This document shows, piece by piece, positions 28,037 through 38,600 of a stretch of DNA of 64,000 bases (position 1 is its first letter; each line of letters opens with the position of its first letter). Source of the stretch: a virus (taxonomy: Duplodnaviria; Caudoviricetes); IMG/VR virus record IMGVR_UViG_3300011560_000001, positions 64,001 through 128,000 of that record; one strand, 5' to 3'. A program made the position numbers and the translations under genes. The notes beneath the pieces are model-generated. The model was not told the origin of the DNA and made no database searches. It saw only the letters and a program-made list of their open reading frames with translations.

Positions 28037-28431
28037 GCGAACCCTATCGTGTAGGGGTATCAGGATCACGCTACTGGGATGATTATCCCTTGTTCGAAAA
28101 GCGTATGAACCAGATGTTACATAACCTCCCTCACGACAAAGTTCATCTCATTGCTGGCGGTGCGCGTTCAGGTGCTGATTTGCATGTGCGCCGCTATGCG
28201 AAGGATTACGGGTTTAAATACACCACGTTTCCTGCCGATTGGGATGGCCCTTATCGTAAAGGTGCTGGATTCAGACGCAACGAGTGGATGGGCGATGTCA
28301 TTACGCATCTAGTTGCGTTCTGGGATTTCAAAAGTCCTGGAACAAAACACATGATTGACATCGCCAACCGCGAGGACAAGAACATCATCGTCCAGGTGTT
28401 TCGGGTATTTCCGCAACAGACACGACAATAG
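28033..28431 (+). CDS. SLOG-superfamily (YspA/DUF2493-like) nucleotide-binding protein
   Basis: GGARSGAD, PADW, AGFRRN..M and VAFWD.KSPGT.HMI motifs; N-terminal RVGVSGSR lies upstream of the TTG at 28090, implying a start at ATA 28033. Confidence 0.75.
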   Translation: MSEPYRVGVSGSRYWDDYPLFEKRMNQMLHNLPHDKVHLIAGGARSGADLHVRRYAKDYGFKYTTFPADWDGPYRKGAGFRRNEWMGDVITHLVAFWDFKSPGTKHMIDIANREDKNIIVQVFRVFPQQTRQ

Positions 28432-28440
28432 GAGACGTTT

Positions 28441-29115
28441 ATGTCCAACCGCGCTGCAGCAGAAAAATTCATTCTTGGGTATATCAAAGACTTGGTGGGG
28501 GGATCGAGTCCGACCTACGCTATTTACAAAAAACGTTTTGCTGAAATCGATGATGAGACGTTTGATGCGTATATGCGTTTATGCCGGGATAAGAAAGAGA
28601 TTCTACCCATCTGGGTACCCAATATGAACAAAAACGAGGTGACGATAAAACGCGCACTGGAAGTCGGCAAGAAATACGGTTTCCCCTTCTTCCAACGCGT
28701 TTATCTCACCGATCAGAAAACAGGGCAATTGGTGCTTCGTGACCGCCCAACCAGATTGTACCTGATTCCAAACCGCCGACAAGCCGAAACGCTGAGTGCT
28801 AAAATATCGATTCCGAAAAACAACAACACCAAGGACCAGCTCACCAATCAGCCGACGGGTGATAGTAAAGGTTCCACTTGGAGTCAGCCGGAAATGCAAG
28901 CAACGTTAGGACGATCGATGCCGAACGTGAACCGAGAGTTAATGCAGGCTCGTGGTGGCGATGATAAGAAGTTCAACGCGATGAACCGCATGCTGTTAGA
29001 AACGGGTACCGTAAGCTTGGAACAGCTACCCGAAGACAGCAAGGCAAAATCGGTTTCGGCAGTTGGTGTTATTCTCACCGCAATGCATCTCCAGAATAAC
29101 CTTGATGAGGGCTAA
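28441..29115 (+). CDS. Virion RNA polymerase beta subunit, C-terminal part (phiKZ gp149-like)
   Basis: RRQAETL..KISIP, DQLTNQPTGDSKG and ELMQARGGD match RpoB C-terminal motifs (T.QP..GK, E.L..KSDD). Confidence 0.8.
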   Translation: MSNRAAAEKFILGYIKDLVGGSSPTYAIYKKRFAEIDDETFDAYMRLCRDKKEILPIWVPNMNKNEVTIKRALEVGKKYGFPFFQRVYLTDQKTGQLVLRDRPTRLYLIPNRRQAETLSAKISIPKNNNTKDQLTNQPTGDSKGSTWSQPEMQATLGRSMPNVNRELMQARGGDDKKFNAMNRMLLETGTVSLEQLPEDSKAKSVSAVGVILTAMHLQNNLDEG

Positions 29116-29117
29116 TT

Positions 29118-29825
29118 ATGTTACGTAGTCGGCTATCACGACGTATCGCAGAAATAAAACGATCGTTCTCCCCAGAGAGCGATACAGCGTTCGAGCTTTT
29201 GTTAGAAGAGCTTGCTTCCGATCGTTACGTGCTTGTTTTAGATGCGACGATGCGAAAGGAAGTTATCGCGTTTACGAAACGTTGGGTGTATTTGTATTCC
29301 CCACCACAACAGTATTCCAGAGGTGCGACAATTCGTGATTGGATTACGAAATTCAGCGTAACGTTCATCCATGATTTGTTTATCCCCGAAAACATGCTCC
29401 GTCTTTGGCGTGAACTCCGTTCTGAAGAAACCCCTTCGTTAATGGGTTTTACGATGGACCTCACAACGCACGTTCGTCGTACGGTGTTCTCAACGGACGA
29501 TGACATCAGTATGCTTGTTGACCATCTTGCTGAAAGTTTTGCATGGATCCATGAAAGCGATCATAAACTGGTGGATGGTATCGCACGGGATTTATTTGCG
29601 GTAGACGAACAGTTCTTTACGGAGTTACCCACCGTTGACGATATTCAGGACATGCTTCGTGCGAATACCTGGATTATTCCGCTGCTTTATTTGCATACCG
29701 TCACCGTTGAAGAATTGGAAGAAATCGGTGAATTGGTATTCAAACAAACAAAAGAGTACGAGAAGAAAATTAAAACGTCTCCCGATATGCAGATGTTAAC
29801 CGGTGAAGCTGGAGAGCAACAATGA
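29118..29825 (+). CDS. Hypothetical conserved protein
   Basis: 235-aa ORF, translationally coupled. Confidence 0.65.
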   Translation: MLRSRLSRRIAEIKRSFSPESDTAFELLLEELASDRYVLVLDATMRKEVIAFTKRWVYLYSPPQQYSRGATIRDWITKFSVTFIHDLFIPENMLRLWRELRSEETPSLMGFTMDLTTHVRRTVFSTDDDISMLVDHLAESFAWIHESDHKLVDGIARDLFAVDEQFFTELPTVDDIQDMLRANTWIIPLLYLHTVTVEELEEIGELVFKQTKEYEKKIKTSPDMQMLTGEAGEQQ

Positions 29826-30610
29826 CTGGAAGTGCGGCGTTGGTGACGGTGTACGTAGAACTCGAAGCACTGCTTGATATCGAAATGGCGGTAGCAACAA
29901 CGTTGGATCCGGAGGCTATCAGAAAGTGGGGGAAGAAATGGCATTACCGACCCTATAACCTGGAGCCGGAGAAGCAGGCGGGCGTTACTTATACTTACGA
30001 AGAGTTTAAGGACGCGATGGCAAATATCGACGAAACCATTCTCGATAAATGCATCCCGACGGAGTTGATGTGGCGGCTGTGTTATGTGGTCGCGGATTAC
30101 ATGAAAGACCGCTTAACGGGGATTGCTACGCCGGATTTTTCGGTTCACGTGAACACGTACCCGTTTGAATTTGTGGGAGATGCAGCGACCGCATTAAAAG
30201 AAGGTATTCAGCAATACCTCGGTGCGCAAGATAGCGTCGAGATTATTTACCGTCATCCGGCCACACTGCATCCATCAGAAATCCGTAAGACATATAACGC
30301 AATGTTCTTTTACGATTTCAAACGCTGGCATCTCCCCAATCAGATGCTGTTAGAAGACAATCCGATTTGTAACGTGTTGGTTGTCGCCAGACGAATCAGC
30401 GAAACCATCCCTGATTCCGATCTGGCTTACGACAAACTTTACGAAGCAATCGAACTTTCTAACGCACCCGTGATGTTCATGCGGTTCTTTGGGATAAAAT
30501 GGTTCAGCTATTTTATCCCTCCTCGTGTGACGCCTCCGAAGACTGATGATCTGCAGCCATCTTCTGAGATACCTCCTCACGAACCGACTCCGTCAGTTGA
30601 GCCATTCTAG
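29822..30610 (+). CDS. Hypothetical conserved protein
   Basis: 262 aa; VYVELEALLD and VNTYPF motifs; ATGA overlap. Confidence 0.65.
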   Translation: MTGSAALVTVYVELEALLDIEMAVATTLDPEAIRKWGKKWHYRPYNLEPEKQAGVTYTYEEFKDAMANIDETILDKCIPTELMWRLCYVVADYMKDRLTGIATPDFSVHVNTYPFEFVGDAATALKEGIQQYLGAQDSVEIIYRHPATLHPSEIRKTYNAMFFYDFKRWHLPNQMLLEDNPICNVLVVARRISETIPDSDLAYDKLYEAIELSNAPVMFMRFFGIKWFSYFIPPRVTPPKTDDLQPSSEIPPHEPTPSVEPF

Positions 30611-31142
30611 CGTAGAAAGCATCACTGGTTTCTTCGACACGTCCCTGGATGAGAACGCCTGGTGAAAACTCCTTGCTATTAAACTCTTCCAACGATGCAA
30701 AACCAAGTCGACGATCGCGTTCTTCAGGCGTAACTGACTTCACGACTTCGCCATCGTAAACAGCCCCTGCTGCGAGAGGATGTTCATCTATCTGACCTAA
30801 GCGGCGCAGCATGGTTTCGGTTAGGGCCTGTGCTGTTTTCAATGCGCTGTCGTTCATAGCCTGGTCGGCGCTGATACGTTTCAACGTTAAGTCGACTTTA
30901 TCGTTATCACCCAACGATTTCAACAACAGCTTACCTATTCGGTCGACGTTTTCGACGTCAACAATGGCTTTATTATCTACACCGGGGTTACGCTCAAAAT
31001 CTTTGAATTCGCTATCTAACAGCATTTCGAGACGTTGAATAAATCGTTGACGGATGTTACGGGTTTCGTCAAGACGGACCTCGAATTTATCGGGTGTCTC
31101 TTGCGGTTCATCATCTACGGGGACAACACCGTATTCGCTCAT
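30513..31142 (-). CDS. Hypothetical protein
   Basis: 209 aa, SD GGAG; convergent 98-bp overlap with the previous gene. Confidence 0.65.
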   Translation of the reverse strand: MSEYGVVPVDDEPQETPDKFEVRLDETRNIRQRFIQRLEMLLDSEFKDFERNPGVDNKAIVDVENVDRIGKLLLKSLGDNDKVDLTLKRISADQAMNDSALKTAQALTETMLRRLGQIDEHPLAAGAVYDGEVVKSVTPEERDRRLGFASLEEFNSKEFSPGVLIQGRVEETSDAFYARMAQLTESVREEVSQKMAADHQSSEASHEEG

Positions 31143-31173
31143 TTTACATTCTCCGTATTGAAAAAAATAACAG

Positions 31174-31192
31174 GACTATATTACCTTCATGA
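31174..31192 (+). promoter_or_regulatory. phiKZ-type early promoter
   Basis: GACTATATTAC-CTTCA-TG with an upstream A tract. Confidence 0.75.
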
Positions 31193-31258
31193 TGACTGTC
31201 ATGGAGGCGACGTATAACGTTACCTTCTTGTGATGGTTTCATTGATGCCTGCAAGAAT
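31174..31258 (+). repeat. TACCTTC leader-hairpin repeat, copy B
   Basis: GACTATATTACCTTCATGATG..TCATGGAGGCGACGTATAACGTTACCTTC aligns with 5511-5570. Confidence 0.7.
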
Positions 31259-31275
31259 GATACATAGGTGATGCC

Positions 31276-31791
31276 ATGTTACATCGCTTTTTCTTGAGGC
31301 GTGCATTCCAACGTTATAAAAGGAAGACGTTTCAAGATGATAGGCAACGGTTAAACGAACTCTTGTTGCTTTATAAAACAACGTCCTGGGTTCACAACAT
31401 CTACGATATACGCGTTGCACGTAAAACGTATTTACCGTTGTGGTATATGGACGCTGAGTCGTTGATGCTTGACCTTCGCCGTTGGCATCAAGCGTTCGAT
31501 AACGAAGGCAACATAAACATAATAGCATTAGAGGAGAGAACATATGCGATACTAGCACCACAAATCACATTCAATCGTTGGCTTGCTGATGCCGATGGTC
31601 GTGTTATCCAGTTCGACGTTCTCATGCGCGACGTTATCGAGTATGGACGCATACTTGCGACGTGGTTAGACGCGCTAGCGGAACGTGACGATTTGGATGC
31701 GGCTTATGGATTACGCAAAACAAGGAAACTAGCGAGAGACTGTTGCGAACTCCTAACCTTCGCACTCAGTCAGTACACTGGTGTATTATGA
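31276..31791 (+). CDS. Hypothetical protein
   Basis: 171 aa, SD AGGTG. Confidence 0.65.
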   Translation: MLHRFFLRRAFQRYKRKTFQDDRQRLNELLLLYKTTSWVHNIYDIRVARKTYLPLWYMDAESLMLDLRRWHQAFDNEGNINIIALEERTYAILAPQITFNRWLADADGRVIQFDVLMRDVIEYGRILATWLDALAERDDLDAAYGLRKTRKLARDCCELLTFALSQYTGVL

Positions 31792-32300
31792 CAAATAAAT
31801 ATAATGAAGTCTCTTTCCGAGCACGCATTAATCCGCTTAAGCGTTGTGACGAAAACGATGATGAAAATCCTCAAAGTAATCGAGGACGAGCGACTAACTA
31901 CAATCACGGTAACAATTTCTGGACGCCTACGGGTAGACAGGATTTCCTTACGGAGTTCCTGTTGCAGATTTATACGGAGAGAGGGATCGGCGCAAATCAG
32001 CTCAATTCGTATATTACCCGACATATGCGTGATGTGAAGAAACGACATCCTGATAAAACGAATAAAGACATTTCCAGTATTCGGGGAAACGTCATTAAGG
32101 AGTTGAATCGGGGATCGATGCCGTTCCGTAACTTCATGAATAAACTACGCTTAATCCGTGCAAGGGAAGTCACGTTTACGATTTCCATCACAGATAGCGT
32201 AGGATATACAACCACGCATACGAAACGGTATTTTGATGCAACAATTCCTGTTGACGATCCAGATGCTGAATCATTAGGTTCAGAAAACGAAGAAGTTTAA
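31788..32300 (+). CDS. Hypothetical conserved protein, possibly nucleic-acid-binding
   Basis: ATGA overlap; basic SSIRGNVIKEL..GSM.F..F motif. Confidence 0.6.
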   Translation: MTNKYNEVSFRARINPLKRCDENDDENPQSNRGRATNYNHGNNFWTPTGRQDFLTEFLLQIYTERGIGANQLNSYITRHMRDVKKRHPDKTNKDISSIRGNVIKELNRGSMPFRNFMNKLRLIRAREVTFTISITDSVGYTTTHTKRYFDATIPVDDPDAESLGSENEEV

Positions 32301-32316
32301 CATCGATGTTGATCTT

Positions 32317-32344
32317 AGCCTACCCACCATTGTGTGGGTAGGCT
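32317..32344 (+). terminator. Terminator hairpin
   Basis: AGCCTACCCAC/GTGGGTAGGCT followed by TTATG. Confidence 0.75.
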
Positions 32345-32382
32345 TTATGCCGTATTTCTTTTTTCTTTTTCAGGAGGACGTG

Positions 32383-33450
32383 ATGAGTCTTTACGACAAA
32401 CTGCCGAGTATAGATACGTCCAAGATCAAAACCATCACCAGCGATTTTTCGACAGGGCGTGATACGCTCCTTAAAGCGGTTAGCGGTACCGCTGTTTCGG
32501 CGGCGGATGCGTTAACCAGTTTTCGCAGCAGTATTACGAACAGTATCAATAGTACATTATCGGCGTTAACAGGAAACCTGATTTCCATAAGCGATCTTAA
32601 TTCTTTCATCGATATCAGCGGAGGCAAAATCTCCCTGAATGAAAACGCGTTGATGAATAAGATCAAAGATGTTACTGGCCTGAATATATCGTCGACCGAT
32701 AACATCCTATCGCAAGTAAAAGACCAGATTTACAGCACCATTAACCAACAATCCAATGGTGCGTTAGGGAAGCTTATCGATAAAGATGGAAACGTTAAGC
32801 TTCTCGATAGTCTGATGTCGGGCGATGAGTATTATAAACTGTCGACGATTGTTGATCGGTATCTCGACGATCAAGGGAAAACGCGAACCGAATTCAGCTA
32901 CAACGACTATAAGACGAACCGGACGGTTGTCACGTCGTTGATTCGTCAAGCTGCATTAGCGGGTAACTATATCGATGTACGTAGCCTGTATGACTCTGGG
33001 TCAGCGGAGGATAAAGTAGCGATGGCAACCACCTTAGCGGAATCGTTAAGTAGCGTTGGTCTCAACGGCGATTTTCGTACGGCTGCTGTTATCACCGAAC
33101 TCATTACGGCTGAACGTGCCCGCAGTGTTGTCCCTGAACTCATTACGTTGTTGTTTCGTAACTACCGTATCCCATCGTACATTACCCTTAAAGAATACGA
33201 CGCTGAAGCCTCGCGTTTAATTGATTTTGCTGATGCGTTTAAACCTGGATGGGGTAAAACGAACTATCACGGTAACGATGCAGAACTCCTCACGATGTGG
33301 ATGGAAACATCCAGTGGGTTCTATTCTCTTTTCTCCCGCAGTAGGAAATACGCATCTCTTGCTGCGATAGGTAAGAATTATACAACTACCACCACGATGG
33401 CAGGCTTGAAGAAACTTTATCCTGATTTACCGACGGTGTCGTTAGGTTAA
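32383..33450 (+). CDS. Probable virion (tail/baseplate) protein
   Basis: Ser/Thr-rich ORF with SD AGGAGG; syntenic with the tail module. Confidence 0.6.
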   Translation: MSLYDKLPSIDTSKIKTITSDFSTGRDTLLKAVSGTAVSAADALTSFRSSITNSINSTLSALTGNLISISDLNSFIDISGGKISLNENALMNKIKDVTGLNISSTDNILSQVKDQIYSTINQQSNGALGKLIDKDGNVKLLDSLMSGDEYYKLSTIVDRYLDDQGKTRTEFSYNDYKTNRTVVTSLIRQAALAGNYIDVRSLYDSGSAEDKVAMATTLAESLSSVGLNGDFRTAAVITELITAERARSVVPELITLLFRNYRIPSYITLKEYDAEASRLIDFADAFKPGWGKTNYHGNDAELLTMWMETSSGFYSLFSRSRKYASLAAIGKNYTTTTTMAGLKKLYPDLPTVSLG

Positions 33451-33456
33451 CATAAT

Positions 33457-33488
33457 CCCTCTCCCAACCCAACAGGGAAGGGAGAGGG
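33457..33488. terminator. Bidirectional terminator, family A (reverse orientation)
   Basis: CTCCCAACCCAACAGGGAAGGGAG flanked by CATAA and TTTATG. Confidence 0.75.
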
Positions 33489-33505
33489 GGTTTATGCAGT
33501 GAATA

Positions 33506-35647
33506 TCAGAACGGTCGTTCTGTACGTTTCCATAACAGCCCTGATGCTATCCTGCCAGGCATGGTGTCAGACAACCAGCTAGCAAAATTACCTTTGCTCC
33601 AGAAACTATCGATATCGGCCATGGTTTTATGCATGCGGCGACTTAAATCAGGAATCATGTAAACTTGTTCCGTAAGCGTCAGTGCCGATAATACAGCAAG
33701 ATAGTTGTTGAGCGGCGTATCGTCAGCAAGAAGATCGCTTAAGAAGCCACGAGGATCCAGTTTTGCGATCGATGCGGCTGTCGTTGTGATCGGCATGGCG
33801 ACGATGGACGACAGGTCATAAACACTGAAGCTGACGTCGATACCCAACGGTAAACGCTCGCGTGTTGATGGTACGTTTCCAACATGACGCGTCACGGTGA
33901 TGTTATCGATAAGACCCATTTTAATCTGGACTTTACCTGGAATATAACACTCACACATGAACGGCATCCCGTAGGACGATTTACCGGTAGCCTGAGGTAA
34001 ACCACCTGCAAGGATCGCTAAAAGAGGTACCATGAGGTTCGTAAAGATCGACCAGCGGTCCCCACTCCAGGAACGCAATTCCATCGTCAGATCGGCACGC
34101 GGTAGACTTACTGACGACCCAGAATAGAATTTCGGAATGTCTGCGAAGCCGGAACCCATGAAGGCACCAAAAATACCATCCAGGCCCATCCCGGAAATAG
34201 CGCCATTAACGAGATCGGAACCGGCTTTGATTGCTTCGTCCAGTACAGCCCAACCCGTATTACCACCGGAGAGGGTGAAACGACGTTCGATGTTCGCTTG
34301 CGCGCGGCTATTCATCGTCTGTGCGATAGAACTTTCGGAAGCACTGTTTGAAAACGTTTCGGTTACACTGGTGACAGAATCGACTCGAAAACTGATGAAC
34401 TGAGCACCGTCGGCCAATTCAGCATCCATCAGATCAAGAAACGTAGCTTCTTCGGCTGCGTTCGTTTGCCCGATTCCTTTGCTCTGTACGTTCGCGCCTC
34501 CAGCTGTTGATGCTGCTGTTGAAGCCTGTGTTGTCCCTGACGTCGAATTGCCGACATTGGCTGTTGTGCCCTGACTCTGTGTTGACGTACCACCGTCGGA
34601 GGTAGCCGCCGAGACTTTGAAGTTGGCATCAGCATCCTTGTTGGTGTATGACGCCCTTCCGAATAAAAGGTCGTCCATCGTTTGTTTATTATCACCAGCT
34701 GTCGCACTGTAAACAGCAGACTTCTGTGTGTCGGCGAGATACTGCGTTAGCGTACGGCCGGTTACATCCGATGGAAACGCTCCGCTATCAAGTCGTTTAT
34801 CAAGATCGTTCCAGAACTCCTCGTAAGACGAGTAATCGTTTTCCATCATGGATTGAATACGACGTACCCATGCGTTCTGTATACGCTGACGACGTGTTGC
34901 AATCTGGTAGATATCGATCCCGCCACCTTTCTTATAAATCCCCGGTAGCGTCTTAGAGGCGTAGTTGATGAATTCTTCAACGTTCTGACCACCGATTGAA
35001 TATTGGTGGAGTACGGTACCCCCTTCTTCCACGTAGCCTTTATCTTTACCAGCACCGGCGATAAGACCCATGTTTATCGCTGTTTGGTTTACCAGCGTCT
35101 GGAAAGACGCCCAGTACACGTGCATGGTTGGTACTTGATAGTAATATTGACTGGTAGGCTTACCCAGGAAATATCGACCAATACGTCCAACCATATACAA
35201 GTAAGGTAGTGGTGTGAGGTAAGAAAGAACGGTGGTATACGCTTTGGCTGCGTAATAAAGAATACCGGGATCGCGACCGGTTTTAACCGTTACGGCAACA
35301 TCGGCATCGTAGAAATCAGTAAAGAAGATACTTGCGCCTGTAAAGCGAGGTTTACCGAATCGTAACGTAACGACTTCTTTAAAACTGTTAATGCTTTCAC
35401 TATAGCCCCGACCCATGCCCGTTGATCCCGGCATAACCGCACGTCGGCGTTCTTTGATGTCGGCAAATTTGGTATATTGCGGTGGTGGGTTAAGCACCCA
35501 GTTCCCGCCTAAGGTGGTATCATCGACGTTATCGTAGGAATACGGTGTATGTCTCGCTTTAATCATGTCAGCACTAAGCGTGCTGCTATCGCCCGGTAAT
35601 AAAAACGCCTGTTTGGTGATTAGGGCGTTTTGAACAAGAATACCCAT
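33506..35647 (-). CDS. Virion tail/baseplate hub protein (phiKZ gp182-like)
   Basis: DTTLGGNWVLNPPPQYTKFAD and GMGRGYSE motifs; directly downstream of tape measure. Confidence 0.7.
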   Translation of the reverse strand: MGILVQNALITKQAFLLPGDSSTLSADMIKARHTPYSYDNVDDTTLGGNWVLNPPPQYTKFADIKERRRAVMPGSTGMGRGYSESINSFKEVVTLRFGKPRFTGASIFFTDFYDADVAVTVKTGRDPGILYYAAKAYTTVLSYLTPLPYLYMVGRIGRYFLGKPTSQYYYQVPTMHVYWASFQTLVNQTAINMGLIAGAGKDKGYVEEGGTVLHQYSIGGQNVEEFINYASKTLPGIYKKGGGIDIYQIATRRQRIQNAWVRRIQSMMENDYSSYEEFWNDLDKRLDSGAFPSDVTGRTLTQYLADTQKSAVYSATAGDNKQTMDDLLFGRASYTNKDADANFKVSAATSDGGTSTQSQGTTANVGNSTSGTTQASTAASTAGGANVQSKGIGQTNAAEEATFLDLMDAELADGAQFISFRVDSVTSVTETFSNSASESSIAQTMNSRAQANIERRFTLSGGNTGWAVLDEAIKAGSDLVNGAISGMGLDGIFGAFMGSGFADIPKFYSGSSVSLPRADLTMELRSWSGDRWSIFTNLMVPLLAILAGGLPQATGKSSYGMPFMCECYIPGKVQIKMGLIDNITVTRHVGNVPSTRERLPLGIDVSFSVYDLSSIVAMPITTTAASIAKLDPRGFLSDLLADDTPLNNYLAVLSALTLTEQVYMIPDLSRRMHKTMADIDSFWSKGNFASWLSDTMPGRIASGLLWKRTERPF

Positions 35648-35664
35648 GTAACATTCCTCAAGAA

Positions 35665-35687
35665 GAGGGCGGGAATCTCCCGCCCTT
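35665..35687. terminator. Hairpin between tape measure and downstream gene
   Basis: AGGGCGGGA/TCCCGCCCT stem. Confidence 0.5.
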
Positions 35688-35696
35688 AACTAATGA

Positions 35697-38600
35697 CTAC
35701 TGCGCGTACCTTGTCCGTGTTGGAGAGATTCCTTGCGGACGATTAGGTAGCGACATCGCCTGTTGTTGAGAAGGACTTGCAGAACCCTTACCGATAGAAG
35801 AACCCTTAACGGCTTGGATTAATTCCGAAATAAGTTCATTCGTTCTACCGGTGTTCTTCTCGATGTTCTGCTGCGTGGTCAGCTGCTGTCGGAGAATTTC
35901 ACCTGCGCTACCGTAGAAGTTCTCACTCGCGGCCGATGTTTGTGTCGCAGACTGCGCGACCTGTGCAGGCGTATTCGGAACCGATATCCCTCGATTTGCG
36001 CCAGGGTTTGACGGCAAATCGCTAAGTGCTGGTGTTGATGTCGGTTGTCCTGCCGCAGCTTTCGCTGTTTCGAAACTTCCAGGTGCTGGTGATGCTTCTC
36101 CGGGTGCTGGAGCCGTACCGGCAGCCGCAGACGGTTTAGCTTCAGGGGTGGTAGAAGGTGCCGGGGCTTGCGGATCGTTGCTTACAGTTGGCGTTCCGTT
36201 TGCCTCTTGGGCTGCTTCATTCTTCACCTGCTCGGCGGTAGTCGGTCCTTCAGCTTGATCGCCTGATGTTGATCCCGATAACTCATCCATCATTTTCTTC
36301 AGGGTGCCATTCTTAGCCGCCTGAATCCAATAAGCAGAGCGCTGTTCAACGTCACGTAATCCATTATAGCCACCGTTAACCAGATAACGAACTTGGCGCA
36401 CATCACCCCGTTTCGCAGGATCGCGTAACACATTGCCTCGGTTGAGCCACCACGCGACACTACCTTCCGCCGCACCTTCCGGCGTTTCCAGGTATGATGG
36501 ATCGCTGACAAGATCTTTATTCAAGGTCTTGGACAGACGAGCGTAGTTAGCTTTACCGGTAACCTGAATGAAGCCACGTCCTAAATACTTCGCCCCGTCT
36601 CCTTTCTGCGTGTTCCCTAAGTCTTTACGATTACCGTACACGCGTTCGAACACCGCTTCCGGCCCCATGCTAATCGTCTGCGCTGCATCCTGCACGTCAC
36701 GGAATTTGTAAGGGAAGACCTGTTTAAGACGCTCTGGTGTCTTATAGTTCCCCTCACGTACGTGAGTGTAGTTCCCCGATTCATGTTCGATGTTTGCAAG
36801 GAACATCGCCATTTCCATTGGGTCGGTAATACCGCGTTTCACAGCGGATTTAACAAGCGCACGACGTCCAGCTTCGGGACCTGGTCCCGTTGCAGGTTTC
36901 TGTAAGCCCATGTTAGGCAATCCGGTAAGATCGCCGGTTGACCCCAATCCCGCACTGGAAGTAGCTGAAGCGGTAAAGCTGCTTGCACCGACTTTATTCC
37001 CATTGGGGTTGTAATTCGCTTCGGAGTTACTCATCCCGCCGGTAATGCGAGATTTCTTCTGCCAGACACCGTCTTTCTTCTCGTACCCAGCCTGCTTCAT
37101 CATCAGCTCTTGGATCTTCGATAATTTATCGGTATCCTCTTGCGATGCTTCCGCGTTCTTCTCACGAACCTTCTCTTTATCCGCATATTCTTTTAACAGA
37201 TCGAGCTGACTCTTTGTTGAACTGCTGGTGGTGTTAGCTTCAGTACCGGAGAAACCACAACTATTCCAGGACCATACAGGCTGGAGTGCACCCTTCTCAT
37301 CACGGTATTGCGTTGCGACAAGTGCTTCACCGATTTCCCAACGTTGGCTGTCTTTCAGGTTCTGTACCACGTCAGACAGAAGACCTTGACCGCCCATTTC
37401 GCTAACTTGTTGGTAGTAGGTTAAAAAGACGGGCAGGAAACGGTTATTCATCCAAGCAAACCAGATATCCTGATCCTGCTTGCTGTTAACGTCTCTTCCG
37501 AACTTCGTCGCGAATTTCTTGTAGAGTGTGACAAGATCGCCACCGTATTTAACACCTTTACCTTCAGCGACAACACCGGGTTCTACAGCGTCTTCGAGTT
37601 CCATCAGCACTTTTATCTGGCTTAGCAACGGAACCTTAATACCGTACGCACGAACACGGAGACTGGTGAGTTCATCGATGTACCCGCCAGCAACCCATTT
37701 CCTGCCACGGCGGTCTACGCTTTCAATAACCGCGGTTGCGTCAAGCTTCTGTCGTCCTTTAGCGCCAGCACTGTTGTAACGTTTATCGTTAAAACGTAAC
37801 GACGCTTTCTGACCGCGTAATGCGTTAGGCGCAACAGATTTACGTTGTGTGTCAGACATCCGTGACCAATCAGCAATAGCCTCATCATGAGAGTATTGCT
37901 TAATCTGATTCTGGTACTCTTTCTTGATGGCTTCGAGTTGTTTCAGCATCAAGGTTTTGACGTCTTGACCAGCAATATATCGCGTCGCACCAGAAGAACC
38001 CAACGGGTTAGCTTCGACGTAATACGGACCGTCAGGACTATCGGAAGGCCAGATAAACGCTTCCGACCATTTCACTTTGTTCTCACCGTTTGGATATTTA
38101 TCCATTTCCATGTATTTCTTCTCGTCCGGCATATGCTCTTTCCAGAGTTTGTACGCACGAGCGAAAACAGGAATAAAACGATGCAGATACCAGCGTTTCC
38201 ATTCGTTCATTCGGTCGGAATCTTCCAGAGACAATTCCCAGATTTCGAGAATCTTTTCCGAGTCGGCTTTCGGATCGAATCCGATGGTATCCCCGGTCAT
38301 AACCACGTGGTCGGTGAGGTATGTTTCTGTCGCAAGCAGCTTCTTATTGAAGTCTTTATCGTCCCCTTTTGCACCGTATGCAATAAGACGGAGCTTCTGC
38401 ATCGGGTCTGGCTTCTCGGCGAAATGCTGATAGATCTTCCATCCTGCATAAGCAGCCAATGCACCACCTGCAATAGCAAGCCCAACAGGTGATATAAGGA
38501 ATGCGCCTAATCCCGATAACCCGCCAACAGCGTTCAATGCGGCCCCGCCCGCCATTAACGCACCACGTCCTAACCATCCTGCCGCACTTAGTCCTCCCTT

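Noticed and set aside
30513-30610. 98-bp convergent gene overlap
   Set aside because: Both tails are low-complexity; common in compact phage genomes, with no further signal
32010-32017. Additional TATATTAC
   Set aside because: Inside a CDS and lacks the preceding C and the N5-TG extension of the five non-coding copies
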